Positions 40,501-53,617 of a stretch of DNA of 64,000 nucleotides are shown in pieces. The DNA is from Tubiluchus corallicola (taxonomy: Eukaryota; Animalia; Priapulida): NCBI GenBank assembly GCA_030141605.1, contig JAQGDQ010000483.1:105670-169669 (forward strand), read 5' to 3'. The position numbers and the translations under genes were made by a program. How positions within the stretch are numbered: position 1 is the first letter of the stretch; each line of letters opens with the position of its first letter. Below the pieces are notes generated by a model. That model had not been told where the DNA came from and ran no database searches. It saw only the letters and a program-made list of their open reading frames with translations.

Positions 40501-41471
40501 ATCATGATACACTCGGGTCAATTTTTGCAAGTTTTATATATAAAAAAAGAAAAACACTAAATGAAGCTGTTAATAATAAATGCTGAACATGTTTATCAAT
40601 CTACAGTTTTAGGACTGCCAAAATGCTAAAATAACTCTGCAAGCTTTTTATTTAATTTATTTATTTATTATTTTTATTGATGGCTTTTATAATGTCTAGG
40701 CTATTGCATGCATTGCAATCGACCAGAAAAGCAAAACGTGACATCCGTACTTTAGGTTTCAAAGTTGCGTGTGTATCCTCTGGTTTAAGTTTGCCATATA
40801 CAGACAACGTAACTGGCCTACTACAGTTAAACACCTTGCGTTTACAACCGTTTTGGCTGCAAGCTAGTAGTAACTGAACTACTGTGCACTGCGCTGATTG
40901 TTATTTATCTACAGTAGACTCTACAGCTGCAGCTTGAATTGTTTCATATCGTTTTTATCAGCATGAGAGCACTTTGCCGATACGCATAACATATTAAAAG
41001 ATATCACAATGCACTGATACATCGATGTATCATTACAGGCCTAATTACTAACTCAGAAAACAAGTATAAGGCTTTCTGTTGTAAGACACGCATGCAGAGT
41101 ATCAAGACATGAGTGTACTTTGGCAACACGCAAAACGTGATACAAAATATCACGATGCACCGATACATTGATGTATCGTTACAGGCCTAATTACTAACTC
41201 AAAAAACAAGTATAAGCCTTTCTGTTATAAGTAAAGCAAAAAACACGAGCTGGCCAACAAATCTTGAAACAATATACTTTAGTCTGAGTAACAGTGAAAT
41301 ACTGTCAGCAATTACTTGTAATATATGTGTGTTATACAGAAAATTCAGTACAGCTTACTCAGTGATTTTTGTATCCACATTGCCGACATAAATGCGGCAG
41401 GACTCATCGCCGAGACCAGAAACATTCGAGTACCGTCCATCCTCAGATGCAGTTGAAGGAGAATTCACATT
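37545..41471 (-). CDS. RBM18: RNA-binding protein 18 (single RRM); 5'-partial, initiator exon not identified
   Basis: Exons 41471-41359 (..CRIYVGNVDTKITE), 39387-39171 (LQMIKILQKYGKLKKLDFLYHKAG..RGYCFATF..LNGKFALSRKLIVHWA), then 38382-38312 OR 37912-37863, then 37707-37545 (SAEAKIRAIEAKLK..TGA). The RNP motifs, LNGK.ALS.KL.V.WA and KI.AIEAKLK are RBM18 hallmarks. Confidence 0.9.
38444..38790 (-). mobile_element. Decayed LINE (L2/CR1-like) 3' end with (TCTTA/TCTCA)n microsatellite tail
   Basis: (AGATG/AGATA)n at 38444-38480 is directly visible. The adjacent - strand sequence only weakly resembles an ORF2 C-terminus. Confidence 0.35.
40455..41043. mobile_element. hAT-type MITE (589 bp) in RBM18 intron
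   Basis: TIRs TAAGCCTGTAACAATACATC / GATGTATCATTACAGGCCTA; perfect 8-bp TSD ATTACTAA (40447-40454, 41044-41051); right end plus flank duplicated at ~41147-41232. Confidence 0.85.
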
Positions 41472-42528
41472 CTGAATAAAATTAGCATATTTGTGTTCAT
41501 AATTTTTACAGCAACAATACTTTTTTTACATAGTCTCACAGAATACAGCAACACCACAGAAAGTAGTAACTAGTTTGGCCTTCAATATGACACAATTTGC
41601 GCAAAGTAACCTGGCAGAAAAAAGCAGCGGGTATCTAAAACATTTGCCATCGGAAAATAAATGCTCAGAATTTTACATAAGTATTTTACATCTTAAAATT
41701 AATACAATCACAAGTTTGCAGCAGCGAGGAAAAGCATTTCTGTTCCTTCCTTTGCCCTGTGTTCCTGTTGGGTACACAAACATTACGTGGCATTTTAGTC
41801 CTGACATATGAACAGGTTTTACTGAACGTGCTAGAAATTTAGAAACTAATCTTGTCCACTAAAGAAACAATTACAGTGATTACACTAGACAAAAATTAGT
41901 TGCTTTCTCAAGTTAAACATACAAGCAGCTTGAGTAACTTGTTACTGTGAATTTAAATAAAGCCATAAACTTACATAATAACATCACTGTTCAGTAACTG
42001 GCTATGAAAACTAACAAAAGGTCCTGAAATGCCTAGAGGAAGAAGTTTCTTTAGTAAAAGTGGACATCCGATCACTAACATTGGTACATACCCGACTTGC
42101 CATGTAGTAATTCAAATCGTCCACACGGGTGCTCAAAGCTATATTGCACTAAAACATTAACCAGTCACTTGAGCTCAATGACGAGTGCAAAAATCAGCAG
42201 CTTAAGCAAATGGAACTACAGTCGTAACATGGTTAGGACTAACAAGAGATTACAAGGTTGTATTTCAGTAATGTCGTTAGTCTTGATACTGCCAAGTTTG
42301 CAACTTTGCATCACTAGATGACATTAAACTGTCAAGATAAGTGATTCCGGAACCTGCACTAGAGTTGCAGAAGCACCACCACAAAATCACACTGGTACAA
42401 AAACCTAAGACTGTTTTAATGACACACAAAATTATTGAACTTTAATGAGCATCAAAGTTTTCATTAATACCATAATCAACACATAAAACGATGCAGCCAC
42501 ATAACTTGTTCAATATAAATACTAGGAA

Positions 42529-42945
42529 CTAATCGGCTTTGGCAATTTGAACCAAAGTTGCTGAAAAATCAATAACTAGCACCGTCATCAGGATCCAGAA
42601 TGGTATCATCACGTAAAAATACGAAAAGTTTTCCTTCGAATACTCAAGCTTTACGCACAGTAACACTTGAAACAGTAGCATTAGACATACGCAACAAAGA
42701 TAGCCGGTCTCTCGCAGCAAAGTCGTATCTCGTTGCCTTGAACGCCGACCGCTGTCGCGCCTGTCTCGACAAAGCTTAATGATGTCGATAGAGCCGTGGA
42801 TCAGCAAGCTTCCGTCGTAGATCCACAAAGGAATGAAGACAATAAGCCAGTTCCACGTAGTCTGCTGGCTGAGACGCAGAGGCAGGAGAATGAGAAACGC
42901 AAGAAATGCAAACCAAGTGAACAAAGCGCGTGCAACAAGAGACAT
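42529..42945 (-). CDS. TMEM60: Transmembrane protein 60 (138 aa, intronless ORF)
   Basis: MSLVARALFTWFAFLAFLILLPLRL...WNWLIVFIPLWIYD...FQVLLCVKLEY...YFYVMIPFW matches the TMEM60 pattern (4 hydrophobic helices). Splice acceptor TTTTTCAG ends just before 43016. Confidence 0.9.
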   Translation of the reverse strand: MSLVARALFTWFAFLAFLILLPLRLSQQTTWNWLIVFIPLWIYDGSLLIHGSIDIIKLCRDRRDSGRRSRQRDTTLLRETGYLCCVCLMLLFQVLLCVKLEYSKENFSYFYVMIPFWILMTVLVIDFSATLVQIAKAD

Positions 42946-43426
42946 TGATACTGAATGTAAAGCTCAGGTCATTGTCTCAAATGCTGAAATTGTCCTCATC
43001 CTGAACATCTACACAGCTGAAAAAGTAAATGTAAATGTAGGTAGCATCTATAGTGAAAAAATGACAATAAATGATGATGATAAGTCTTTATTAGTCTCTC
43101 TGCAGGCAAAAATATCTGTACTAACATTATACAATTCTACATAGGCACTATACAGAGTGAATTCTACAATATTACATTTACGGATTCTGTAATTAGCTTT
43201 TCTAATTTGTGCATGTAACATTTCTTACAGTGATGTTAAACAAGAAGTATTGAAGTGCGTGCTAAAATCAAGGTTATTAATGCAGCAAGTTTCCTGTGAA
43301 GTAACATAAAAATGCAGGTAAATTGATATACCAAATTATTAGATTCCAATTCAATGTTTAAATCTACAAGAGTTACAATCAGTAATCTCAAGAACTACAC
43401 AAATTTAATCCCTATTTTACTAAAAA

Positions 43427-43636
43427 TTAACAGCAAGATCTTAAAATAAAAGGGTTCTTTACAAAGTAGGTTAGTGCCGATATTAAATTTTCATTTTTGG
43501 TCCAATACACATGATTTAAATTCTCATTTCCCAGTTTGTTTAGTAGTACATTTCGCCTATTTACATCGACTGGAGGACATCGGTATATCAAGTGTTCTGG
43601 ATTCTGGGCTTCCATGCCACATTCACAAAGCTCATC
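43427..43636 (-). mobile_element. 5'-truncated LINE ORF2 C-terminal remnant with CCHC zinc knuckle
   Basis: The - strand reads ELCECGMEAQNPEHLIYRCP (C-x-C-x8-H-x4-C), then ...NENLISALTYFVK; this knuckle is typical of non-LTR ORF2 C-termini. Confidence 0.5.
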
Positions 43637-44065
43637 TCATGACAATAAACTATTATCCTTCACACAATTTATTACAGCAATAATTTAAATTAAATACAGC
43701 TGAGATAGGATAGTAACATTGAGCTCATTGCATTTTCCATCAAGTGCTTTAGTGTTGATTGAGTGTAAAACAATATATTATAGTTTAGTAGTTTATTTCA
43801 CCCATCTCAAGCAATATACATAACAAAGTTAACAAGAAAAATACAGCGATATCATTATTTGGAATCAGAAGCCGAAGCTTGTGTGCCTACCCTGATAGTG
43901 GAATTATGGTAGGGGTGATGTCTGAATGAAGGACTAGTGCAATGAAAGTTGAAAGGAGAGGTAAAAGATTGATGGTGGATGAAATGATAACAAAAATACC
44001 TTGCTACAATTATCACTAAGCTTGTAAATTCAAGAAGAGTTACACTAGACCAGAATTTGCTTACA

Positions 44066-44370
44066 TGTACTGTCGTACTGACATTTCTAAGTTCGCGTTA
44101 CTTCATACAGATACCATCACATCTTTCTCTTTCTTTCTATTCTCTATTAACTTTTCTTTTCTACTCCTTTACTGCTCTTTTCTACTACACTCAATCCGCA
44201 TTCATTTGGGGTGTTCTGAACAAGTAATTACTTCTTGAGTACCCCACGGGTCATTTGCAGCTTGGCACCTTGTGTATACATAATAAATATGTTATTAAAT
44301 TCTTTTATGTGCTATGCTGTAATGATTGTTGTGGATAAATTTAATAAATGAAATAGAAAAAAATAATAAA
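44066..44370 (+). mobile_element. LINE 3'UTR copy (same family as 17436-17700)
   Basis: Near-identical reverse complement of 17460-17700 (TTCGCGTTACTTCATACAGATA..CATCTTTCTCTTTC..TTTGGGGTG..GTCATTTGCAGCTTGGCA), ending in an A-rich tail. Confidence 0.8.
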
Positions 44371-44449
44371 GTAGGCGGCCGCTGCAGTAGAAAAGAAACT
44401 GGACGCAAATAAGTACTTAGCAAAGGCATGTATTATAAAAATCATTCGT

Positions 44450-44950
44450 TATCTGCGTTTTGAGTTTTCCGATATGTATTATGGTCTTGTGAGATTGATA
44501 AATTTCGTTTCATGCATTTGATCCTTGATAACTGATGAAGTGCTTTGCAACATTTCTTCTGCAGCAAGGTTGGCCATATTGATTATATCTTGTATTATAA
44601 TTAAGTTGAATCTGTTTTACTGGATTTATATAACAAGAAGATATATATTTGTGTTTGTTTTGTGTATACATAAAAATTAGGACATTAAATTTTACTACAT
44701 CATTTATAGTTAAAATCTTGCACTCATTACAGCAAGCCAATGGAAAATTAAAAATCGATGTTGGAGAGTTTTAAGAGACTGCATTTTAATTTGGTAAGTA
44801 AAACCACCACAGGATAGTGCAGTAATGTAAGTATGGAAGAAGTAATGAATTATACAACATTAAAAGATTTTTACTGGTTAAATTTGAACTAATGCGAGAT
44901 AATATGCCCATGTTTTTCGCTACTTTTAGCTTTAACATATTTATCCGTGA
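44450..44950 (-). mobile_element. Decayed CR1/L2 LINE ORF2 fragment (post-RT C-terminal region), frameshifted
   Basis: KLKVAKNMGILSRI...LLMLYNSLLLPYLHYCTILW and ILTINDVVKFNVLIFMY...NYNTR...KHFISYQG are typical CR1/L2 ORF2 C-terminal motifs. Confidence 0.8.
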
Positions 44951-47900
44951 TGCATTTTTTACTATAAATATGGTGCCTACTATAAAAATCTTAGTATAAT
45001 GTAACATAAAAATTATGATTAAAAATGTGCTTTTCAGTTTTATCTTTTGGTGTAACACAAACAGTTTCCTCTTAGCTGAATGAAAAGTAGGCACTATTAG
45101 TATTACAAAAATTTTGATAAAGGTCTGATTTTCGGAAAGCTTAATATTTCAGCCTATCTCGTACAGTGTGTCATTTGTGTGCATTGTATTAAAATTTTTT
45201 ATTTTACTTTTTTAATCTGTTGAAAAATAGCCATTGACTAAGGTCATATTTTGTTAATAAAATTGACAATAAATAAAATTTTACTACTATTACCACTACA
45301 ATATCTACGTCTAAAAGTACAGTATACAGATGTACACAACAATGTACACTCAAAATTTAAAACAGAATTATTATTTCTACTACTAGTACTAGTACTAGGC
45401 CATAATCAAAATCTATATTCCCACACCCTAGTCAACGACTTCTTCCTTGTTCTGCTTTGCGCGCTATTTAAAGCTTCTATCGTTGATTAAAAACAAACTA
45501 GTTTCAACACAAAGTAAACATTATAAAGGAAATAATGCAAGGAGATGGCAAAATGGAAGAACTAAAATTTTCATTACTTTTCTTGTTATTTTACGTGCAG
45601 TGGTTCATCTCAGCAATAGCATAACACAGAAAACCAGAAGTGGAATACGCCTTGTTGTGGTTACTTGCGTCAATTTTAGTTGAGTTTCTTTTCCATTTGC
45701 ATCACGCTATGCCCTGTCGGAAAATGTAATGTTCATCACGGGAACGTGAAAGAGTAACGGGTACGGGGTAATCTGTGAGAATTGCAAACTTACAAATATA
45801 TTGCTGCATGGTCTTTAATTTGCATTTTAGACTTTGGGAATTTATAGATGATTTATAGTGCTATGGTTCGTTGAAGCTTGTGACCTCTCATTAGTGTTAG
45901 CACAAGTACAAGCTGGCCAAATTTAAGTGATGAAGATCATAAAAGGATATCTTTTAACAATAATATCAATATCAGAAAATTTCAGTTAAGTTTTGGTTTA
46001 TGTATGTAGCATCCTATCTATGTGTTATTACAGCTACATCTTGTCACCAAAACTATGTCATCAAAATATTCTCACTTAACAGTCAAATCAAGTTTTTATC
46101 TGGGTTTACACTATATTCCATTTATTCTGTTCCTCTATAAAACTCTATTGCAATAATCTTTAACTCACGTTGAACACAACAATGTATCGCTCTGCCCTCT
46201 CCGCTAACAATATTAATTCAATATCAATATTTTTTCATATTTAAAACTATACCAAAAATCATCACCTCTGTTAAGCAAAAAGAACATTCTTCATCAATTT
46301 TCGTATTAACATTATATCGTATTTTCCAAAAACTGTTATCTCTATTCTGTAGTAAATTCGCATTTCCAGTCCTTTCGAATATTTACGTTGTTTAACATCA
46401 AATCTTAAAATGGGTTTTTGGGCACATACTAAAGGTGCAAAATACATTATCATGAATTAGGCACACATTTATGCTAATTAGTATAAATCATCAAAACATA
46501 ATAGTAATCACTATAAACCCAACAAAATGGTATAGCTATTATTATTCCACTAGTCAACATTTCTGCAATCATCTGAGTACTTAATTAAAAATATATAAAA
46601 GTGGCATGCATCATAACGATTTCAACACTGCAACTCATCAAAAGATCACTTCAATATGGCTAACAATCATCATATTAAATCGAAATTTACAAATCAAAAA
46701 CAGCAAATCATCGCAAATATTATAAACATTCGTTAACTGTACAACATAACGTAATGTTGACCAGACAATGTTGATATGTGTGTTATGACATGCTTGCACA
46801 GAAAAACATCGAAATGATTGTGTAAAAAAGTGAAGTCATACATTTAAGTGATTTGTCAGATATCTAAATATTGTGTTTTATGCTGAACAGGTGCTGAGAT
46901 GGAAAACGCATTTACTCGTCAACCAACTGAATTGACAAGCCTGAATAAAAGGCTTATATACCTGGTATTCAACACCACTATGCAATAACCTCTTACGGAT
47001 GAGTCCATCACGGTGTAGGAGGGGTCGAAAATAATTCCCACTTCACCTCTAATGTCATCACACCATTACTACTATTCGTCATAATTATATTGCCAACATA
47101 AAATCATCTGTACATGATATATTTACATCATTACTTATTATCTGGAAAGATTCTGCCTCTGTGGCAGGAGATCCTTAAAGTGAGTTCTTTTACTTTGTAG
47201 TTACTAGTAAAATATCTTTCAAATTAATTAATTATCAGTCACTCGAGGGTCGAGGGTCAACAGAACATGTATCAATATACATCATTTAATTAGTCTCATC
47301 AAAGCTTAGGTCACACCATTCAATTCATCTCACCAGGAGTCCATTTGTTAACACTAAAACTGGAATTGCCACTTTAGCATGTGACCTCATTCCTATCTAT
47401 CAGTTGGTGTACTACAATCTGCTGCTTGCTATTTAACACTAACTGCATTTGTCTACTGGATCCTCAGTTTCGGTTTTTAACCTCTATAGTATGGTCAGTG
47501 ATGAAATGAACTCGGCTAAATTCACATCATGTAGTTGTTTGGCCCTATAATCTCCCATCCTAGAACAATAGCTAATCATAATTATTTGTAAGATTTTATT
47601 GTATATGTACAATTGTATATTTGGATTGCATATTTTTTTATACTTTATTTTATTACGGAAACACCAAACAACAATCTAGTAAATTATATTATGATGACAT
47701 AGAATACATAGTTACATTAATTTCATAATAAAATTGACACTGGCATGATATCTATATAAATTGTTGTTTGCATTATAGTCAGAAGCATTACTTGTGTGAC
47801 TATAATGAATGAATCTAATCTAATCTAGTGATCTTTTTTTCGCGTCTTATTGGCCACTGTTACTCGACACTGGAAGAGAAAGTTATTCTTTCATTCTTAT

Positions 47901-50650
47901 TTTTGAACAATTACATACATTAGCATGCCGTATTGGTAGAACAATTAGAAATGAGTATTTGTCCTTGCTAGTGGTCTTATAATGTATGTGAGCAATGGGC
48001 GCAATTGAATTGAACTGTAAGCTAGTTACTGTATCTCGGCAGTTGCTCCGCTTGCCAGTCTTCAAGCCTTGCCCATAACCTCGAAAAGTTGTAGTGAGTT
48101 GCCAAGATAAGTTGTCTGAAATTTTGGAGTTGTAAGCCTTAAGTTTTTTATCTTTATTTTAGTATCAGTTTTGTGTAAGATAAAACTGGGATACCAGAAC
48201 AGCATTTGGTTTTTAGTGTGGGCCTATCATTTCTGTTTTTGTTTGTACACGTGCTAGTTAAATACGGTTGCGAAACGCATTTTATTCAACACTACTACGT
48301 ATTACTAGTACTGCTCATCTGGATTATTACTAGCCTCCGTATTCGTTCCCACTGAGAAAAGGATAAAGCCGGCGTGCGACACAGTACTGTAGTGTGGGAC
48401 CCGTGTCCCATTAAGGAACCCATGAGGCCCAGATACTCATAGATTGATAAAGATTATCCTGCTGACAACTTTCGTAGAATCGATAATACCAGTCGAATGA
48501 GGCAGACTGCAATAACAAATTGACTTTGATAGTGACTGGTAGTGAAAAGAGAAGGGCCTCGCGATCAATTTTGCATTCTCACATTTTCACCCTCTTTGCT
48601 ATCCTATTTCGTTATTGTCCATTTAACAATACTTGTAATGAAAATAAGTTAGCTTATATGATACCCTTGGCTTCATTCACTTTGTGCTAGGTTACTAGAG
48701 TACTGCCTTCTCTCTCTTCTTTCTGACTCTTTGGACAATGTCTTCTTTTTAATATAATTTTAGTGTTGATTGAAATACGATTTCCTGAAATAACTAAAAG
48801 ATGCTTAGACGAGGAGTCTCCAAAGCATTTATAATTGCGCTCTCTTGTTACTGTACTTCTGAGTTCAAAAACTGTGTTGCGCCTGCCAGAGACTGTCGAA
48901 GCCTTTTTAATGTACCTAACATCTTTCACATTGTTGTCTGTTCACTCGACTATTACTGATGCAGTTTGAATGTTTACTGTTAATAAGGTTTCTGGTCTTG
49001 CTTCTCGTATTCATAGCAGTTAAACAAGGTGGAACGAACTATTAGAAAGACGTACGTAGATTTCTTGATTAAAACGAAATACCGCAAGGCAGTTTTGGGT
49101 TACGCGAAGTTTTTCTTTGGTCACACAAACAGTTTTAAGCAAATAAATACAAATGAGGAAAAATGTGTACGTCATACAAAAATCTTGATGTTAATGCAGT
49201 AATAACATAATTTGATTAGAGGAAAATAAATTAAACAGCACAAAAGAAAGACTATTTAAAAAGAATAATGCTTAGCCAAAATAGATCAAAACCGGTAGAC
49301 AAAAGTATTTACTAATGTTACAAAGTATACATGGAAACCTGCTGGATATGTTCAAAAGCTGTAACTCATTTGGCAAGAAGCTTTAAAAGGTAAGTTATTC
49401 AAAGAGCATGTTTCCTTGAAACAAGTAAAATAAAGAGAAACACATAAATAAAAAGAAAATAAAGAGCATAAAATTAAATTGGTCAGCATGCTATATCACT
49501 TACACAAGTATGATCACACTCTACTGTATGAATTGTATTATGATAGCAGTTAAGTATTGATGTGCCGTACCTTTAACATTAATTACACATAACTAATAAT
49601 TACTATAATAAGCCTTCTCGTAGTTCCATGATGATCTTGAAAAGTGTATTAGACAACGTACTTGTGTACACTTGGCAACGCCTTGCAACCCCAGCTATTG
49701 TAATACAGTAGGCGCCACTTAATAGACTCACGGTTAATTGACTCAAAAATGCCTGATACGGGCTGCTTCTATTCATATGTACATAAAAACTGTCGGTATT
49801 TGACTCAAATAACTTTGCATAATTGACTCGATATTTTTGCTTTACATACTTCAATAAGACGCTTTCATGTCACTAATAAGCTTTTATGACTTTTACATCA
49901 TCTGAGTTCGTTTTTGTTCTATAATATACATAGAAACAATCATGTTAAGTACCGTTTTGTGTAGCGACATTTATCATACGCTAATATGCTAGCCTAATGG
50001 TTTGCTTTGACCCTACCATCCACTGCAATTGATCTCGTTGCCCAAGAATCCTGGAAGCTAAACATTTAATCACTTGTGTAGCGGCTTGCTGTAGAAGTTC
50101 TGGCTGTCTTTCCCAGAAAGTTTAATCAGTTTGCCATTGCTCTTATACCAGGGATGCAGGTACAGTACAATAAGTACGTTACGATAGTGAGCGGGAGCTT
50201 ACAGACGAAGCCTCATGCAGGGAAATATGGTCACCACCAACAGTTCAAGCACGTATTTGTGTATCATACATCAACAGTTTTAATCATTATGAAAACTTTC
50301 TGATCCAACTTGTCACAAAAAATTAATCGCCGACCTGTGATTTATTTCCATTATCTTTGCGAATAAATAGACTTGCATGATTTAGAAAAGTATACTTTTT
50401 AATTTCTTGCTAATTCACTTATATAAATTGATATTTTAAAATATTTTTTCTGATTTTTAACTGCACAAAGGATTTTAGGCATTACTTCGTTTCTAAAATT
50501 CATGAAGAAAACCTTTGCAGTGCATAGTAAGCTGATGACTTATACTTCTATACCAGTAATACAACACCCATCAGTTAATAGGCTCAGTCGGATAATTGAG
50601 TCAAAACACTTCGGTCCCAAAGTGAGTCTATTAAGTAGCACTTACTGCAG

Positions 50651-50925
50651 TAATAGTTTTAACAGCTAGCTAGACCCTTAACTAGTGCATTTTTTCTTGT
50701 TCCCAAGCAAGGTCCTGGTAGTAAATCACTCTACGCACAGACTAATGCAAAATTTAAGAAAAGTCCACACAAAACAACTGATGCCAATGAACTGATGTGA
50801 CAAACGGCTTTGCTTTACCCACGTGTCACGTGACTGTTGTATTTAAGACGCGTTGCTGTGGTATACTTAACCTTTGACCTACAGCAACTGGGCGCGCGCA
50901 CAATGAAACCGTAAAATGGCTTATT
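50651..50925. repeat. Dispersed ~280-bp repeat (MITE-like), copy 2
   Basis: Direct-orientation homolog of 33970-34263. Confidence 0.8.
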
Positions 50926-51131
50926 AAAACTGTGTGCTCAACAATTAGTTCGTCGAAAATTGATATATTATAACACAACTGATAATGACTGCAATTTATT
51001 AGTAATGCATCAACAGAAGTGACCGGCTAGTCACTTCTTTTAGGTGAAGAGTATCCAAGTCCCGAGGCTATAAAAGACCACCACTTCATTGTCAAGTGTG
51101 TTTATCTGTGTGATATAAAGGTTATTGCCTA

Positions 51132-52825
51132 ATGGATCGAATTCCTTCAGAACTAATTTTGCTCGGTTTAGACTCGATAGCTGCAGCAATATTTTACAAG
51201 TTGTACTGGAACAGCTGTATTTCCGCAAGAGAACTCAAGGTACTTTTAGCATTATGTTTTTGTGGTTTTGGTATAGGCCTACTTAGTGAACGTATTTAAT
51301 ATAGTTTGAAAATCGCCATAGTGGGCTGATTACAAAATTAGTTAGAAGTAAATATTGTTGCATTTTATATACTTTTAACAGTTGAAGTAATTCTTACCAT
51401 GAAACAAACTCATTTTTGAATCATGTGTGGTACAACTGACGTGAATTTATGTACATTTGTTTAGCATGCGCCAGAATTGTCTATAGATGAAGAGCTTGCG
51501 AAGGCGGTGGCTAGGGCTCCCAACTCTACAATTCCCTATGCTGCTGTACAAGGCAAGGTTGTTCCACTTGAAAAGTCCTTGCACTGTTTAAAGGATGGAG
51601 GAAAGATGCATGAAGGTGTGATTCACCGCTTCCGCTTGATAGAACACACGATAGAGTGGAGCAAGTACAGTAGATTTTGGTAAGTGTATCTCTTTTCTTG
51701 AACCTACAGAAAGGTCAGTCATGGCCAAAAACCCACTGAAATCTATATGGTTTAACAAACAACTTCCCATAACTGTACACTTTGAGATTTTAGTTATCTT
51801 TTAATAGCCTAAGATGTAAAATTTTATAATGATGCGTTGCACAATACGGAATAATCTTTTTGGCTGTAGATTATGATAGAACTATGTCTCAAGTCTAAAA
51901 CATTTGAGTATAACAGGCTTTGATTTACTTTTCTATGAAAAATCCTATTAATCTCATTACAGATGTGTAGCTCCAAATGATATAATTTGGGAAATACGCA
52001 AAATTAAAATGCACCTAAAGTTTTTGACCCTAGTGCACCTAGCAGATACCTAGGCACTGTCTCCACTTTGTAACGTTAGGCTTTTCTATTATTTACAGGT
52101 CTGAGAAAGAGAAAATATTTCGCGACATTATGAAGACTGTGACATTTGGTCTGTTTAACGGCAAGCATTCTGTAGAAGTTGACGAGCCTCTGGAAGCTTA
52201 CGACATAGAATCTGAACTTACCACCGTATATCAACACTTTGAACCCGCACGAAGTTCCATGAGTAAAAATGTTGTAGATTGGCTGTATGGTGAGCGCACG
52301 AAAGGCATTGAAGAAATGGAGTCGATGTTGCTGAACGGAACAAGGCTCACAGCATTTGGACAGCTAGTCGTATCTAAGGGTGATGTGCATGTGCAGCCGC
52401 CTTCGAATGGCGCAAAATACATTCTAACTTCACTTTCCAGGTCTGAGTTGTTGCGGAAATTTGAGACAAAGTCAAGGATATATAAAATTCTGACATTTGT
52501 CTTTGGAGTAGTCGGAATATCTATATTTGTTATTTTTGCTGAAAGGATGTATCGAAAGTGGCAGATTAAGCGCGATGCCGTGCGTAATCGACAACGACTG
52601 GAGGAAGAGAGGCGACATCAGGCATCTTTGGCCAATGACAGACAGAGTAGATTCGATTCAGCAGCTCAAGTTTGTGTAGTTTGTTTAGCTAACCCACGAG
52701 AGGTTGTCATACTGGAATGTGGACATATATGCTTATGTTATGATTGTGTAGAGCGCTTGACATCAATGCATTGTCCAGTATGCCGTGCAAATATATCACG
52801 AATTGTGCCAACGTTTTTGTCGTAA
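51132..52825 (+). CDS. MUL1: Mitochondrial E3 ubiquitin ligase MUL1/MAPL (TM - GIDE/BAM domain - TM - C3HC4 RING), 349 aa
   Basis: Exons 51132-51239, 51465-51679, 52099-52825, phase-consistent. Motifs IPYAAVQGKV, GERTKGIEEMESML..GTRLTAFG, a second TM helix, and RING CVVC..ECGHICLC..C..CPVCR. A 5'UTR acceptor precedes 51044; AATAAA at ~52873. Confidence 0.93.
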
Positions 52826-53617
52826 TTCTTTTAAATGTTAAAGACATCCTTACTGTGTCTGTCGTAATTTGAAATAAAAAGCAGCAGCAGGCCCTTCAGT
52901 TTGATTTATTTTATACTTGTAAACTTAGCAAAATAGTGGCGTCATATGATTTGTAATAGCAATAAGTGGGCAACAATAAATGAAAATAATCAATAACTTA
53001 TTTCTAACGTTGTTTGTGCTGTAGACTTTATTTTGGAGAACTTGTGATTTGCTTACGTAAATCAGATTAAACACTACACTGCACTAGGCGCATGCATAGT
53101 TATGGAGCTACACAGAAAATTCACATGTTAATAGCTTGTCTTGTTTATAATCACCTTTCCTGATATTGCTGCATTCTGTTGCCGCTAAAATCTATCATAT
53201 GGGAGAGTAGCTAGAACAAGCTAGGTTAGTCTGCCTACTGTCATGACAATACAATGTAAACACTGCATATACTGTTAGTTCTTACTTTATCAGTGCGTTT
53301 GGTTTCAAATACGCACTCGCTAAATCACATTAGGTCTGCCATCTGCTTTAAAGGTGTCCTTCACCTATGAGTTTTTTCCACAAAAACCAATTTGGTAAAA
53401 CAAACTTGCTTCACACCAAGAAGGCAAAAACTTACATGTAACTTTTTGTAATATGTAACACCTTTCACGTGTCTGAAGAAAGAGTCTTATAAATAAACGG
53501 CTGCTTGAAAACGTTTGTTAAATTCTGTTTAAAATTCTGCAGCCTCATGTTAATCTAGCTTAAGAGACCCTGAACAAAATGATTAAAGCTTGCCCTTGTT
53601 TGAAACAGGAAATCGCA

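Noticed and set aside
43427-43615. MEAQ... ORF as the missing RBM18 start exon
   Set aside because: It lies within a CxC..H..C LINE knuckle remnant and I found no convincing in-phase donor
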